From: Convolutriloba macropyga
Lineage: Eukaryota
Assembly: GCF_964194025.1 (NCBI RefSeq)
Contig: NC_134479.1
Coordinates: 50,902,001-50,966,000, forward strand
Length of the DNA: 64,000 nucleotides
Reading direction: 5' to 3'
Part shown: positions 24,650 to 39,153 of the stretch, piece after piece
How positions within the stretch are numbered: position 1 is the stretch's first letter
Layout: each line of letters begins with the position of its first letter
Made by a program: the position numbers and the translations under genes
The notes under the pieces: generated by a model
Database searches by the model: none
What the model saw: the letters and a program-made list of their open reading frames with translations, nothing else
Told to the model about the DNA's origin: nothing

Positions 24650-27190
24650 CTACTCTTTTTTTATCCAGTCAGAGGAGGCGTGAACAATTCTAGAGATGTC
24701 ACAATGAATGCTTTGCATTAATTTGGACATCAGATTTTGTTATTGGATGTTGATATTAAGACGAAAAGAGATGCGAGTAACATGAATTCATTGGGGTTAG
24801 AAGTGTCCATGTACATAAGAATTTTTGTATTAGTAAATATTATCTGTCCTCTCAATTAGAAAATTATCAATTAACCGGGTCAGTAATGGCGTGTATTTTT
24901 AATTCCAATGACGTTAGATTGTAAGGCAGACACTAGTTGTGCTCTCTTTTTTACAGCTGTAGGGTTTATGGAATTAAGGGCAACTCAGTTTTCAATGCGA
25001 AATTGACTGACATAGTTCTCTCCATAAAACTGGAGATGAAATTCAATTATAACGGCGGTAAGAATATCCAGCACCGGATTCAATGTTAAATAGATAGTAC
25101 AACTATTTGTTAGGTGTGTATGCGCTATTTAAAAGAGAATGGAGACTTCTCAGTTTGATTGGTAAAGAATACACATTCTGCATTCTGTTTTTTTTTGAAA
25201 TGACAAGATTCGGGTTGTCTCTCACTGTCATATAGTGAGGCTGGAGGGAGAGTTTTCTTGTGTGAGTCTGAGCTGATGGTACATGCAGGATTCAATTCAC
25301 CTCTCTTTAGGAATGTTATATTCCGATCGGGTTTACCAGCTTACCTTCGGCTCAGTATCCGTAATAGCTTTTGTGAGAAACCTTTATTAAACTCAAAATA
25401 TAGTTCAAATTTTTTTCAGAGAAGGTTCCGACCAGAGAAAGAAATAAAACGAAAACTGTTCATAATTTGAGGAATTATCAATTAGCATGAAGCACAAGTA
25501 TCATAGGAAACATAAATATGATAAAAAGACAATAAAAAAGAAAAATTTAAAAAGAAAAGGAAGGATACTATAAAGAAAGGGAAAGAGTTTTGAGGGGAAA
25601 GCCGATCAAGGGGACGAGAACAGTTTCTAGCAGAGGTGGGGACTGTGGCCTACTAAGGATCCCTTCTTCAAAGTCCGACAACGATTCTGTAAATTGCGGA
25701 AGAACTCGAGGAATTCCCGGTCACTGGCGACATATGAGGTCGAAATTTGGGGTTTGAGGTCCTTATCACAATGCGGCTCCATCGCAAGAAGGATTTAGGA
25801 TGTGCTTTTCTTTTTGCAGTGGCTCTCTGTTTGCAAGACTATTGTTTCTCCGTAGGTATAAAGGGTAACAATGTGGATATATATCCTTATAGGGTTGTTT
25901 CGCAGCAAAGCGGCTCATTTATATAGGAATAAATGAGATAGTAAGCTGATCTGTTTTGGTGTTCACATACTGTAGTCTGGAAATGACGTGCTTGAGGGGG
26001 TTGGTTATATCAAAATGTTGTTGCACAAACAATTAATTACGCATTGCATGGAGCATTCTTCTTTTGCTGATTCTATGAATGGTTATCGATATCAATCTGC
26101 GTAAGATATAGAAATCCAAACTGCAGATAGAAAGGGTCGTACATCTGTTAGACGCGATTGGGGCAGTGTCCCTCGTGAATATGGTCGCACAATCGGCCAA
26201 AGCAAAGAAAATTTTTGACGTCTGCCAAAATATCTCAGTGAATTGTGGGTTCAGATGAAAATGAGCACACTCCAAAGGAAGATCTGGATCACGTCTCTCC
26301 AACATTTATTCGTTAACAGCTGACCCATCGTGCAATTCACTGCAGTGCGTTTGATTGTGTGTTCAATGAGCGTCTCAATATAGTTGATCATTTCGGTGAC
26401 GTTAATGCTCAGAGTTAACTCCCTGGGGATTAATCAGTTGGTGATGAAAGTTGGGTCCGGTTGTTCAATTTTATATCTTTTGCGTGGGTGCAAAACGATT
26501 TGGTTTGTGCTGTCGTGATGAGTACTGTGAACCACGAGTTGAACTATCTGCGGGCTTATAAGTAGAGACAGGCGTTTGCGTGGAGTAGCGTAGCGGAGAC
26601 GACTGCGGCGTCCTGACTGGACACATGCTTAAAGAGGATGTTCCTTCTGGCAGAGTAGGCTGCCTCTGATGTGAGGGATCTTTCATAGGGTAGTTCTTTG
26701 TTGATGATGGCTTCTCATAGGGGAGGGGTTTGTGGCATTTGATTCAATAATTTTGGCGCAAGAACAATCGGGCTGCTGTACCTGGGTGTTTGTTACTGTG
26801 TCTGGGCCTGCGGAGTCGGAGACACCAGCTGAGGCGGATAAATCAGTGGTTGCGTAGACTAAGAGACTAAGGATCGGGCATGCGGACACGTCCGAAATTA
26901 CCCCGTTAGGGAGGACTGTCTTCAGAGTTCACCGTTCGGATTGATCAGCTCATGACTCATCCTCTCAAAACCTAGTTGAGGGTGGAAACTCTTCTTTGAC
27001 GGCGAACTTTTGCTCTTATGTTGAGCTCGTGGATTGTTGCATTCGAGTGATATAGATGCACTGCCAATCAGTGATTTAGATGCACTGCTAATCAGAAGAG
27101 TGAACTTGCACGTTGCGCTTGAATAGAATGAAGACGGTGTGCAGGTTGAAGGCACAAATTTTACCCGAGAATGTTTCGCTGATGTCACTG
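24650..27190 (-). pseudogene. Heavily decayed probable LINE 5' portion (ORF1-like region plus start of an APE endonuclease)
   Basis: The minus strand near 24885-24980 reads LNSINPTAVKKRAQLVSALQSNVIGIKNTR, resembling the APE N-terminus (N.N....KR..L....DVIGIQETR). Fragmented, more GC-rich minus ORFs at 26033-27188. Confidence 0.3.
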
Positions 27191-27225
27191 CCTGAGGTTG
27201 TGGCGAGGTCTACGCCATAGGTAAC

Positions 27226-27540
27226 AACACTGGTGTTAGCATCTTGCTTTTTCTATTTAAGCACTCAGATGATTTACGATTTGTTTACTTCAAAATTGAA
27301 TGTCTGGGAGCTATTCATGGAGTCTTCATGAAATGTTTTTCTTCCAGTTAATTTATCAGTTCTTTGTTTATGCTCTTATATGTACATATAAGAGCATAAA
27401 CTAAGAACTGATAAATTAACTGGAAGAAAAACGTTCCGTAAAGACTCCATGAATAGCTCCCAGACAATCAATTTTGAAGTAATCAAATCGTAAATTTCTG
27501 AGTACTTAAATAGAAACTGCAAGATGCAAACACCAGAGTT
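27226..27540. repeat. Spacerless palindrome, arms about 157 bp
   Basis: Centre TTTATGCTCTTATATGT|ACATATAAGAGCATAAA at 27383/27384. Arms pair out to AACACTGGTG / CACCAGAGTT with scattered mismatches. Confidence 0.95.
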
Positions 27541-27599
27541 CCATATAACCAAGTTTATAATTAGAAGTAGCAACTTGGTACGCGAGAGGTGCAAAATTT

Positions 27600-29250
27600 G
27601 GATAGTGTATTCATTTGTACACAACAAAAAGTATTATATATACCTTCTTCTCCGGGAGTCTCGATTATCTTGCTGTAAAAATAAGTAATCTATCATGATA
27701 GCTAGGATAGAATTTATCTGACATCTGATGATCTTTAATTATCTCCTAGAGATCTGATCAATTTTTTTTTTGATATATGTTTGATTTTGCTATTAGCCAG
27801 TGACTTTTCGCAGATACTTCTTTACTACAATTAACTGCTATTTTTCTTGGCAATTATGTGTTTTTAGAATAGTGTTTTTTGCCCTTGACATTATCGACAA
27901 GTAAGTTTATTTATTTTTTTTTCTTATGGGCTGTCTTTCGCTAGGAAGTGCTTGACATAAAATGCAGTGTGGATAGATTTATCTGTATAAATTTTATGCG
28001 GTTTAGGTTGTAAATAATAAGTATCGTTCATTTTGATCTAATTTATAATTTCCAGTGTATCTTCCGTATTGGTGACCACATTTTTCCCCAATATATGGTA
28101 TGAGTCTTTGATGTCTTTAAGCGCTTTGCTTTAATACAATGTTTCAACAATTTTGTGTAGTTTTGCTTGTTTTTGCATTGCTATCCGTTCCGTTTTCTTT
28201 CAGAACATTACGTTGTGAAACAAACTGTTTTGTTTACTCAATTTATTCTCCTATGTTGAAGCAATCTAAGATGTTGTCTGTAAGTGTTTTTGTGTTGTTT
28301 TCTGTGTCAAAATATTATAATTTTTGATCGGTCTCAAAACAGTTGCAATCGTTTCAAGATATCGGCAATGATAAAATTGAAAAACTGTTGCACAACTGTT
28401 CCTGAGTTTTCTCATTTTCAAATTTGGTTGAAAAACGGTGATTATTTTGAATTTAGTTTATATTTGCAGATTGTTTTCTGGTGCTTGTTGAATTGATGCC
28501 AGCATTTATTTACAACGCAAAACGTATCAGTTAGTTGATTTCCTCGGGATATTTTGAAGTTTTTGCATTTACTGATTTATGTTCAAATCATATCTCCCAG
28601 CTTTTTCAGTTATTTGTTTTTAAATGATACGGAAACGAATTCCTTTTCCCTCAATATATTTTTAAAATATTTGAAAAAACTTTTAAGCGTTTCAAATTTT
28701 TCCACATTCTCTTTTCTCTTACAGTTGTTCCAATTTTTCCAATTCTCTTTTCTCTTACAGTTGTTCCAAAGGACAGTCAATTTGATCCAATCGTTAATGC
28801 TAATTGGGGTAAGATATTAGTTACTATGTTGATAACGCTACTCTGCGCCTTAGTATGTGCTTGTCCTCAACCAGAAATCATTCTTGAGACATCTGTTGCA
28901 AATTTTTCATCCAATACTTTTTTAATTTTGTGTTTTTGTGTTTCGGGTTCACTTAATGTCGTCGTTTCAGCTTTTTTTTATCTATTACTGTTTTTGATTC
29001 TGTTATTTCACCTTAAATACTGTTTGAACTTTTATTAGATTTTCGTTTCTATCAATTTTTCGCATTTTTATGTATATTTGTTTTTTCCTCCTGCATGGCC
29101 ATTTGAGAGGCTGGCATACCACTGCTCGTTTTGCAGACCAATCTTGAATTAAGGCTGCGCGTTCAAATAAGCAACGGCTGTAATGATATTAATAACAAAT
29201 TGTTCGGTATTATAAATATGATCTCCTTTTGGTGTCATCTTTGCGGTTAT
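27600..29250 (-). pseudogene. Heavily decayed probable L1/Tx1-like ORF2 fragment (endonuclease end and tether)
   Basis: Minus-strand remnants DFWL, REKRMWK and KSWE occur in the order expected for RIDFWL...G.WKFN...WE. A-rich minus strand with many stops. Confidence 0.35.
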
Positions 29251-29384
29251 TGTTTAAAAAATGACAAGTGTTTACTCATGCATTTGAAGTGAATTTTGTT
29301 GCTTTAACTTTATAAGAGTTTTAACTCTCCTGGATTTCAAGTTATTACCCTAGTAAAAACCTGGAAATATTAAAAGACCGTCCT

Positions 29385-29650
29385 TGACAGATTTAAAGTA
29401 TGAAAAGACTGTCCTCGACAGATATTGTGTATGGAAAGAATTTGTCTGAACCTAAAGTGATGTCCTAGAATTTGGCTGGAACTAAAATATACGTCCCGGA
29501 ATTTGGCTGGACAATAAAGGTATTCTGGAATTTGGCTGGACAATAAAGAAGTTCTGGAATTCGGCTGGACATTAAAACATGTCCTGGAATTACGCTCGCG
29601 ACCGTTATAATGACTTGTTTTCAATTTCCTTCAATTCTAAGGACATGTAG
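29385..29650 (+). repeat. Dispersed repeat with internal 28-29-bp units (CTGGAATTTGGCTGGACAATAAA)
   Basis: Four to five internal units. A diverged copy in the opposite orientation lies at about 53597-53890. Confidence 0.8.
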
Positions 29651-30381
29651 GGCAATTGGGTAAGCATGGGGTACGATTGGAGAAGGTCAAGAGATCGAAC
29701 CCAGGTGTTGTCGGAACTTTTTAGTTTGCCTCATTTTTGCATATGAGAAGAATTTGGATGGACTCATGGAAAGAATTAGCCTCGAAATTAACTAGGGTCC
29801 TCGACCGTGTAATTTAATTCAATATTTACCCCCTACCTGGAGTTATTAGGTCTTTTCATAAATTCCAGGTCCCGACTAGGGCATGTTTTGTTTTTAAGTT
29901 CTTGCGTGATGGCGCACTTATATCAACTGTTCTTGTTGTTTTAGGTAATAGAGGTAGTATTTGTTTTGGTTCTGGACGTTAGACGTTCTGCTTTTCAGAC
30001 GAAGCTTTGAAAACTTACAAGGACTAATACGGGGCCGTAGATAAGTTACAAAACTTTTGTACGGCGCTGTATGAGGCCGTAATAAGTTTTCTACGGCAAC
30101 TTACTCAATTGGGGAAATTACCAAGTTCTATAGTGAAAAACGGATCAAGTTTTTTGTAAGTTTGATTAGAATTCCTATATGTAGCAAATAAAGTTCTGCA
30201 TTGCCTAGAAATGAGTTTTTAACGTAATTTTAAATATTACAGAAATAATACATTTAACTTTGTAATAGTATCTAGCAACTTTGTTTTTTCTTTGCTATTT
30301 GAATGCCAACCGGAGGTTGTTAGCAGAGCAAATCAGGGCTGAATCAGTATAGAGACATTTTGTTTTTTAGGATGGCCAGTA

Positions 30382-30641
30382 CTCTGCTCATGTCCCAATT
30401 TACGCGGGCGTAGAAATTTTTGCATGAAAAATAATATACTCAACTTAACTCCAGCCAATAAGGTTTGATATATGTGAGATTCGAACTTCAGCGAGCGTAC
30501 CTGTAACATCTATTTTGCGTAGCAAGTCGTAACCACTAAGCTAAATGGGATTTGTGGTAATTGCCTACAATCTAGCTTTTATATATAGTGTGTATACTAC
30601 TATAGTATTTACCAATTATAAGCTACAGATTATAAGCAGAG
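30382..30641 (-). mobile_element. Short TA-flanked MITE-like element containing a minus-strand tRNA-derived cassette
   Basis: TA|CTCTGCT...AGCAGAG|TA. Minus-strand A box TAGCTTAGTGG (30533-30543) and B-box-like AGTTCGAATCT (30477-30487). A further TIR-like copy lies at 30663-30683. Confidence 0.5.
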
Positions 30642-32685
30642 TATGACAAAACTCTGTTCAGTCTTAAATTTGGGGCAGGAGCATTTTTCAGACTTTTCAG
30701 GATTAGTTTAGCCTGGGCTACCTTCATGACCTCAAGATAATCATAATGAAGAAAAACTGCATATGAAGAAATTTAAACAAAATGTGGAGATGCAATGTTT
30801 CAGAACTGAATTAGGATTTTACACTTGGAATATGTGGTCACAGCGCTGAAATGCTCTGCAACTCAAATCCGGGCAGTGAATTCAAAAAAATGTGCCTGTC
30901 CGCGCGTGCTATGTAATTGAAAGTCTTCAGTAACTCCAATATAAATTCTTATTAAGGTTTTCATAAATAATCAAAAGAAGCGGTAGTTTTCGCAGCAGGC
31001 AGTGTTTCCAGTGGGTTATGGTCATTTTTCATTTGTGATAATAAGATGAGAAGTTTAAAGACATTGGTCCTTCAGGGCTTGTACGGTTGGCCAGTGAAAT
31101 TACCTAATTGGTTTACGCAAAAAAAGGTTGCCGAGGTGTAATTAAACTTGTGCCAAAAACTCAGTTGGACAATAACTAGAGTAGCTTTTGATACAATCAA
31201 AACGTTTCACTTATACAATGTTTTGTTCTTAAGTATTGTCGGTTACTGAATGTCTGGCCTTCGAAGTTTAGATGAATAAGTTTTGCTGTCAAATAAATCT
31301 CTCAAATCCTATGTTTCAATCTAGTAAGACATGACAATAACACTTTTTGCTCCGACCCCACTTGTGAGGGAGGAACTATATACTCAAATGGTTTTTTTTG
31401 TCAGTCAATTTTGGCTGATCAATAATTTCATCGTAGAGATATGTGAGTGGTATAAATAAAAATCTCGTTCAGTGTCACTTTCGAATTTAATTTTTTTGAA
31501 GTTCGTTTTTTTTCGAAGAGTTATTTAGGTCGAAAGTTTTGTGTGAACAAATGACATTCTGCATGATTTTTAGGAGACTAGTAACTCTCCATATTACGAT
31601 TCTGTTATATAGAAACCTCTGTTACAGTCAAACGAAGCCCAATGAACAAATAATGTGTTTTGAAGTAATCGCTCACATTTTTAATCGCATCGACTCTGAG
31701 TTTTCGATTTTTTTACGTGATCTTACGTATTGCAAAAACAATAAATTTAATTTGGTAATAGTATCTACTAAATGGGATTTTTTTGCTATGTGAAAGCCAG
31801 AGAATTCAAAAATATAAGCTTATGCGGGCGTGCTATGTAATTGTGGTCTTCAGTAAATTCTAATATAAATTGTTTTTAACATTTTGATAAAGAATTCAAG
31901 AGAAGCGGTAGTTTTTGCATCAGCGCTATCATTCTCATTTTCTTTTAATATGAGATACTTACTATATGTATGAAATGAAAGGGAGCTTATAGTCATTTTT
32001 CATTGTGATCATAAGATGAGAAGTTTAGAGTCAATGGTCCTTTAAGGCTTGTTAATACGTGTACGGTTGGCCAGTGAAATTACTCTAAATGGTTTACCGA
32101 TAAAAAGGATGCCGAGGTTTAATTAAACCTTTGCCAAAATTTGGTTTTCTAATGACTCGAGGAACTTTTAGTACAAATAAAATGCTTCACTTCTATCATG
32201 TTTTTTTAGCTTTGTCGGCTACTGAATATTTAGCCTTCCCAATTTAGATGAATAAGTTTTGCTGTCAAATAAATCTCTCAAGTCCTCTTTTTCATTCCAG
32301 TAGGACATGACGATAACATTTTTTGTTCCGAACCCACTTGTGGGGTAGGAGCTATATACTCAAATGGGTTTTTTTGGCTGATCGAAATAATCATCGTAAA
32401 TGCATGTGAGTGGTATAATTAAAAAGCGTAAAGTTGATTTTTTTTGAACTTCGTTATTTTCTAAGAGTTATTTAGGTCGGAAGTTTTGTGCGAACAAAAG
32501 GCATTTTGCTCGATTTTTAGGAGAAATTTTGTTCAAATCATTATTTTTCGAATGAAATCCTAATTCAAATTCACGTCTTTGGTACAAAATCAAACAAATA
32601 TGTGTTTCTAGTAGAAAAAAAAGAAAAAAAATTCCTAGTTTGCTAACAATTGAATAGCGAGATCTTTTTTAGAGCTGTTTTTTTA

Positions 32686-33178
32686 ACGGGATCGACATTA
32701 CCCTCAGAATATCCATCACCGTATTTAGGTCATATTTGGCATTTGAAAGACAGGCGCTTTTGTTTAGTTAATTAATTTTAGTTCATCATAATTCTACCCA
32801 ATTGGGAGTCTGTTTATACTTTAGACAGGAAACTGTCTGTTCATACTGTAAACATTTTGTTCAGCCTTTCCTGTTTCGTGATTGAGCGTTGAACTAAAGA
32901 ACTAAAGTTATTTCCTTTTTGATCTTAATTTGTAATGTAACTTTCATTCTCCAATTTTCATCGCTAGAATTCGGTTCTAATTCAATTTTAGTAAATCGCT
33001 TTTCAAATAAACTCGCTCAATTTGTTGTAAGCTATTCGCACCGCGAATACCCGTTTCAAGAAACGATACTTCAACTAGCCTACAGAAACTTGGCAATCGC
33101 GAGGCAAAAGTCAAATCTCAGAAAATTAATAAGCATTCGCGAATCGATTAACGTACACACTTGTAATCGAGTATAACA
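32686..33178 (+). repeat. 5' LTR of element 1 (5' terminus and TSD deleted)
   Basis: Aligns to 39160-39645 with a few percent substitutions and an 8-bp duplication (GAACTAAA). Confidence 0.93.
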
Positions 33179-36100
33179 TGGCACAGTCGGCAACTGAATC
33201 CAAAAAGAAACCCCTTCATCTTGACGCATTTTGGGAAAAGCTCACCGCCACTCCGCCGCTAACGTGGCATAAATGACGCAACAGTGGAAGCTAGCACTGT
33301 TGGCAAAAGAAGGGATTCAGCTCGAACATCTATTGAAAAACCCACCAACCACGGTAACATACCAAACCGAGCCGACATACGAGGAACCAGTAGAGAATCA
33401 TACGCAAGCATCCGAAAAGGATCCAAAGGTCAGCAATCAACAACTCAAGGTAAATTGGCAAAATCGTTGTGAAAAGATGGATGAAGTTTGTAATTTGTGC
33501 GGAGACAAACCAAGGGGGATTTGTGAACAAAAGTCAGTATTACTATTGTATTTGAGCATTAGAACGGATGGACGGCGTATTTTTAAATGTAATTTTCATC
33601 ATTTTCAAATAGAGAAACAGCCATTTAAAGAACTATGGCAAGCGATGGAGGAAACCTTTACCAAAATTAGAAACATTACGTACGACCGTTTTGTCTTCGT
33701 TTCATCCAAAGAACAAAAAGGCGATTCTGCTGAAAGTGTTTACGGTCGCTTAATTGAACAGGCAGAAAACTGCAGCCTAGGAGATGAAGAAACTACACTC
33801 ATTCGAGACGCCTTTATACTTAACATGATAGATCAGGAGACTCAAAAGGAGTTACTGAAAGAAACTGTTGAACCCTCTAAAGCACTCGAAATAGCAATTC
33901 AAATAAATGGAAATGGGGGCACAGAATCAACAAAAGATAAATCAGAATTTGAATCTTACCACAAACTCAGTTAATGCCGTTAATAACTTTCAAACACGCA
34001 ATCGCAACGCGAATTCCCAAACAACCAGCAAGGACTTCACTCGATATCCATCAGTACCTCAAAACTATCAATAACTATCAATATCAGAATTTGCGTTTAT
34101 TGTGGCCAACGATGGAGTCACAATCGTCGCTAAATTCGCCACGCAAGGACAAAAAGTGCAATAATTGGGGCATAATCGGTCATTTTGCGAAAAAATGCAG
34201 AAAACCGAAACGACCACAGGGACAAGTACCCAAAGCTGCACAAACAAATGTCAACCAAATTGTGATATTTCCTGAAAAAAGTGACGACGAAGAATCCGTT
34301 AACAACATAACTAGCTATCAACAACTATACGACAAAGTCTACGACTCCAACTATGATAGTGACTCCACTGACTATGTGTCGGCTGTTTCATGTGGGTTGG
34401 CAAATCAACTAGAACCTTTAAATGCTAAGATACAATTTGGAAAGGTACAAGCAAACGCAATGATTGACTCTGGAAGTGTAGTTAGTCTTATCACGAAGAC
34501 GCTTGCAAATCGAATATTTCGAACTACACCATCTGTGAAATTGATCACTAAAAGGAGAAGAGGGACTTAAAAAATTTCTCAATTGAGCCAATCAAAGTCC
34601 TTGGACATCTCGAGACAACAGTGACATACAATAACTGGACATGCAAAGCAGTCCACCTAACAATTGTGGAGGACGGTCATAAAATCATCATTGGGAGATA
34701 TCTTTCCGATAGTCTTGGCCTTGCAATTGTTCAACAGCAACAACCAGAAAATGGTAAATGTGTTAAAAAAAACTACAAATTCTGCATGTAAAATTTAAAG
34801 ACAATCGCGGCATAATTTCCTCATTTAGTCTCAAGAACTGGCATCTCAAAGACCCATGCAGCGAGATCGAAGTTTCATCAAACGTTTACAGCAAAGCATC
34901 AAAAAGGCCCACGCGTTCCCATTAATTTACAACCTAGGGTTACGGTGGAATTAGAAAGTCTACAGAATAAAGGCCATATCGAAAAATTATCTAGTTGCTC
35001 AGACGAACTTTTCATATCTCCAATCGTGATTACAGTAAAGAAAGATCAATCTATAAAATTAGCATTAGACTCTAAAGCATTAAATAAAGCCATACATTAA
35101 AATAAATACCAAATACCTAACATTGACATGTTAATTGACACAATCTCACAACACCTCACAAACACCAAAAACGGCCAACAAGCAAATTTTTCCACATTAG
35201 ATCTCAAATATGCTTATAGTCAATTACAATTACACAAAGATAGCGCGAAAAACTGTAATTTTAGTATTATTTGTGGAGAACTTACTAGCACCTATAGATT
35301 TTAAACAGCATTCTACGGTCTTACTGACATGCTGGCAGAATTTCAAAAAGCAATGGACTATACACTGATAGGCCTACAAAACATTTATTGTTTCTTAGAT
35401 GACATAATAATTGTTAGCACAGGTTCTGGAACTGATCATCTAGCATATGTCACAAATTGTCTAAAGAAGTTAGATGACAAAAACTTGAGAATTAATCTCC
35501 AAGAATGTCATTTTGCAAAAACGGAAGTTGAATGGTTCGGGTACAAATTTACCCAAACTGGCATATCACTACTTGAAAGTAAAACTGCAGCAATTCTAGC
35601 AATACCGCCACCATCAACACTGAAAAAACTACGATCTTTCCTCGGCTCAGTACATTACATTGGCAAATTCATACCACACCTAGCACAACTGTGTCATACA
35701 CTTAGACCACTTCTCAAAAAATCCACAAAATATATTTGGACAGAAGAACACAATAAAGATTTTAACTTAATAAAGGAAAAAATTGCTATCATTACGGAGA
35801 ATAGCCACTATAATCCGAAATTAGACGTTAGAGTTAAATGTTACGCTTCAAGTTGGGTTGGGAGCAGCACTTGATCAAAATACACGTGAAGGCTGGAAAC
35901 CAACAGCATTCGCGTCGCGATTTCTAAACTCAAAAGAGGAACGTTACAATGTCAAGGAACTTGACTTATTGGGAATTTTCTGGTCCATTGAATATTTTAA
36001 ATACTACTTGCATGGAAAAAACTTCACTGTAATAACAGATCATCGCGCATTACTATCCATACTAAAAGAGAACAGATCAAAAACATCTTACACTAGTCAA

Positions 36101-39033
36101 CTTTCTAGACGTATTGATCGATTACTCCTATACATTTTCACAATTGAACACATGCCTGAAGCAAAAAAGGGGCTGGTGGATTACCTACCCAGAAATCCAA
36201 AAAAGTTCCCACCTATGAGGAGCATTTCGTTGTAGTAACAATATCCAAAATTCGTGAATCAATGGAACACTTGATTAAAAATAAAAAGCACACTATACAT
36301 AAACTTAACAGCATATTAAAATCACATTCACCGTCAAATCATCCAAATCAGTTAATCGCACCGCAAATGCCTACATCAGTGAACAAAAATCTGCAATTAT
36401 GTACCAAACCAGTTGCATCAAAATCACTACATTGTAAAAAATTGAAACCATTCGCGCCGCAATTAACACATTCAAATGCCACAGTTAATCCATATTCGAA
36501 TACACCATTCGCATCGCAAATGCCTTGTAAATTATTTAAACCACAATTTGTACCAGATGATAACGAATAATTCACTTTCTATTATTAAATGTCTTGCAAA
36601 AGCACTGCAAAAGCCAGACAATAAAGAATGTGAAAACTCTGAACAATTATGCCCAATAAAGCCCATTAATGGTATCAAATCACGTAATCAACACAAATAT
36701 TCCAAATTAAGCGCAAAAACACATATTAATGAGTATAAATATAACCCACTGAAAAAAAAACTCAATTTTGCCCAAAATTAACTCAGAATTAAGTCATATC
36801 AGAACAACTCTGTCAAGAAAATCGATAAAATGCCAAGAGCAAGGACGAATAAATCTACCCCGACGAAGGCCCGAGTTACCTTTTCGGATACCACACTATC
36901 AACACCTGAAACCAATACCTCATCCAATAAAGAAAGCATCCCATCGGGCAGCATAATTGTTGCAGCGGAAACCCTCAACAAAATCTTTAGTAAAAAGCTA
37001 CTAGCCATTCTCGCCGGGAAGGATGTAACTATAAAAGAAGTCCGTGACTGCATACTAAGAGAGGGACCAGAAAGGTTGCGAGAAATTAGCCCGTACATCT
37101 TTTCATACTGGCGGGACCTTAGTGTCAAGCATGGGTGTATTTGCCTGGATGAACGGATCGTTATACCCAAGGCAATAAAGGATGCAGTATTGGAGGACAT
37201 CCATTCAACGCATCATCCAGACAGTTTCGGGATGCTGTCAATAGCGTAAAATGTTTGGTGGCCATATATCCATCGGGATATACTGGCGAAAGCGAGCGAG
37301 TGCAAAGCCTGCACGGAAATTGGTAAGAACTTAAAATCCGTGATTCCGCACTGCAAATGGTCACCTTTACCAAAATGTGTTGAGCCGAATGACGAAATCC
37401 AATTAGATTTCGTTGGACCAGTGACTAACGAAAAGGGCATAGAACAGTATTTTATTACAAGCGTAGAGAGATATTCAAAATAGCATACAGCAGAAATAGT
37501 AAATAACGCTTCTGGTTCAAATGTAATTAAATTTCTAAAAAACTACATATTTAAACACGGGGTACCTAGAACTATTAGATTAGATCAAGCTAGATGTTTT
37601 ACAGGAAAAAAATTGAATTTTTTTTACAGAAAATAATATTTCACCTGTATATGCACCCGCAAATGATCATAGAGCAACAGGCCTAGTAGAACGTCTTATT
37701 CAAACAATTAAACGTCAATTATCATGTATGAAAACACAATTGAATAAATAAATCAATTTAGAACAATTACTACATGCAACTATACAACTACTAAGAATTT
37801 CAAAACTAAAAACAATAGATATTCCACCATTCCAGGCACACTTTGTTAGAAAATGCAACACACCAATTTCAAATATCACCTCTATACCGAAAAACAAAAA
37901 TTTAAATTATAATAAAATAATTAAACATTATTAAGATGAAGACACAATTCCAGGCAGATCCTATCTGAGGGATAAGCAGTGGGCAGACACGGCCTTATGC
38001 TCCGACACAGAAATCGAGAAAGTAATTTGCGCTGCAAATGCTCGAGCCAATAAAGAGCAAGAAAAAATCAAGGATGGCGAACCGCGGCTCATCTGGTCCG
38101 AAGGAGTGGGTCGAGCAATTCCGTGTAGTGAACGGAGCGTACAGGTGAAAATTGCGCAAAAATCTACGAGAACCGACGCCAGAAAAAGAATTTAGACGGT
38201 TTGTATGAAGTTCTTGCCCCTGGTAGTACGGTTGGTAAGATAAGCCCAATTACAAGTGTCATCAAAGAACCCAATCGACCGGAAGTGCGTGTAAGAAATT
38301 CCGATATTGCCAAATCTGGAACAAAAAACGAGCGAGATACAGAACTGGGACAGTATATCGAATGCAGGCCGAAGAAAATTTGCGAAAAAACGATTGAACA
38401 AAAATTACAAAAACACAAAAAGATCTAGTTGGAAAAAACCTAGGAATTAAGAAAATTAAACGTAATAAATGACCAGCAGGTAATCTCAGTGCCGTTTCAT
38501 CGGGTAGATCTTGCATTTCAACGTCAAGCAACGTCTCAGGTGCATTGAGAATGAGGATACTCAATCGCAACCCGAAGAATGATGATGCTTTTGTCAACCG
38601 ACCGGATTTAACAAAAATCCTTCACTTTAGCCCGCCTGTGCCACTTGCAGTACCGCCGAACAATCCCAACAAAGCTGGACCATCCGCGCCACAGGTGGCT
38701 TCACCACAATTACCAACACCGATATTGCGTAAGACTCAGGGTAAAGACAAGAGACAAATTACGGTGAGCGATATATCCGACTCAGATACGTCATCAGTTA
38801 GACGAAGCAAAAGGATGTTGAAAAAACAGAAAAAGTCGACAAAGTCCATTGTTGAAAATGTACAAAGTACTGAAGGATATTCGGCTAATATACCCGTATC
38901 AGAAACTACATTTATTGGAGTGGTGACACCGCAGAACCCCAATGAGAGATAGACTATTGATCCTAATCCGAATTTGCCAAGAGAAATGACTGTCCTTGAA
39001 GCAGAAAAACAGGCAGAATCTGATTCAGACTAA
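33178..39033 (+). pseudogene. Element 1 gag-pol polyprotein, fragmented
   Basis: MAQSATESKK start, zinc knuckle GHFAKKC, PR MIDSGS, RT YCFLDDII, RH ITDHRAL, IN HSTH...ECKAC, LDF, RLDQA, GLVER. Many stops and frameshifts. Ends EAEKQAESDSD*. Confidence 0.93.
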
Positions 39034-39153
39034 ACTCAAAAAACTTTCTGAATTATATCTATTTATTATTTAATATTCTATTATATATTTAACCGTTTAA
39101 TAGGTACTAATTTTCTGATTTTATATACTATTTTTTTCTCCAACAGGGGGAAA

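Noticed and set aside
29460-29595. Regularly spaced 28-29-bp repeats, superficially CRISPR-like
   Set aside because: No unique spacers of CRISPR length, no cas genes, eukaryotic context, and a second dispersed copy exists.
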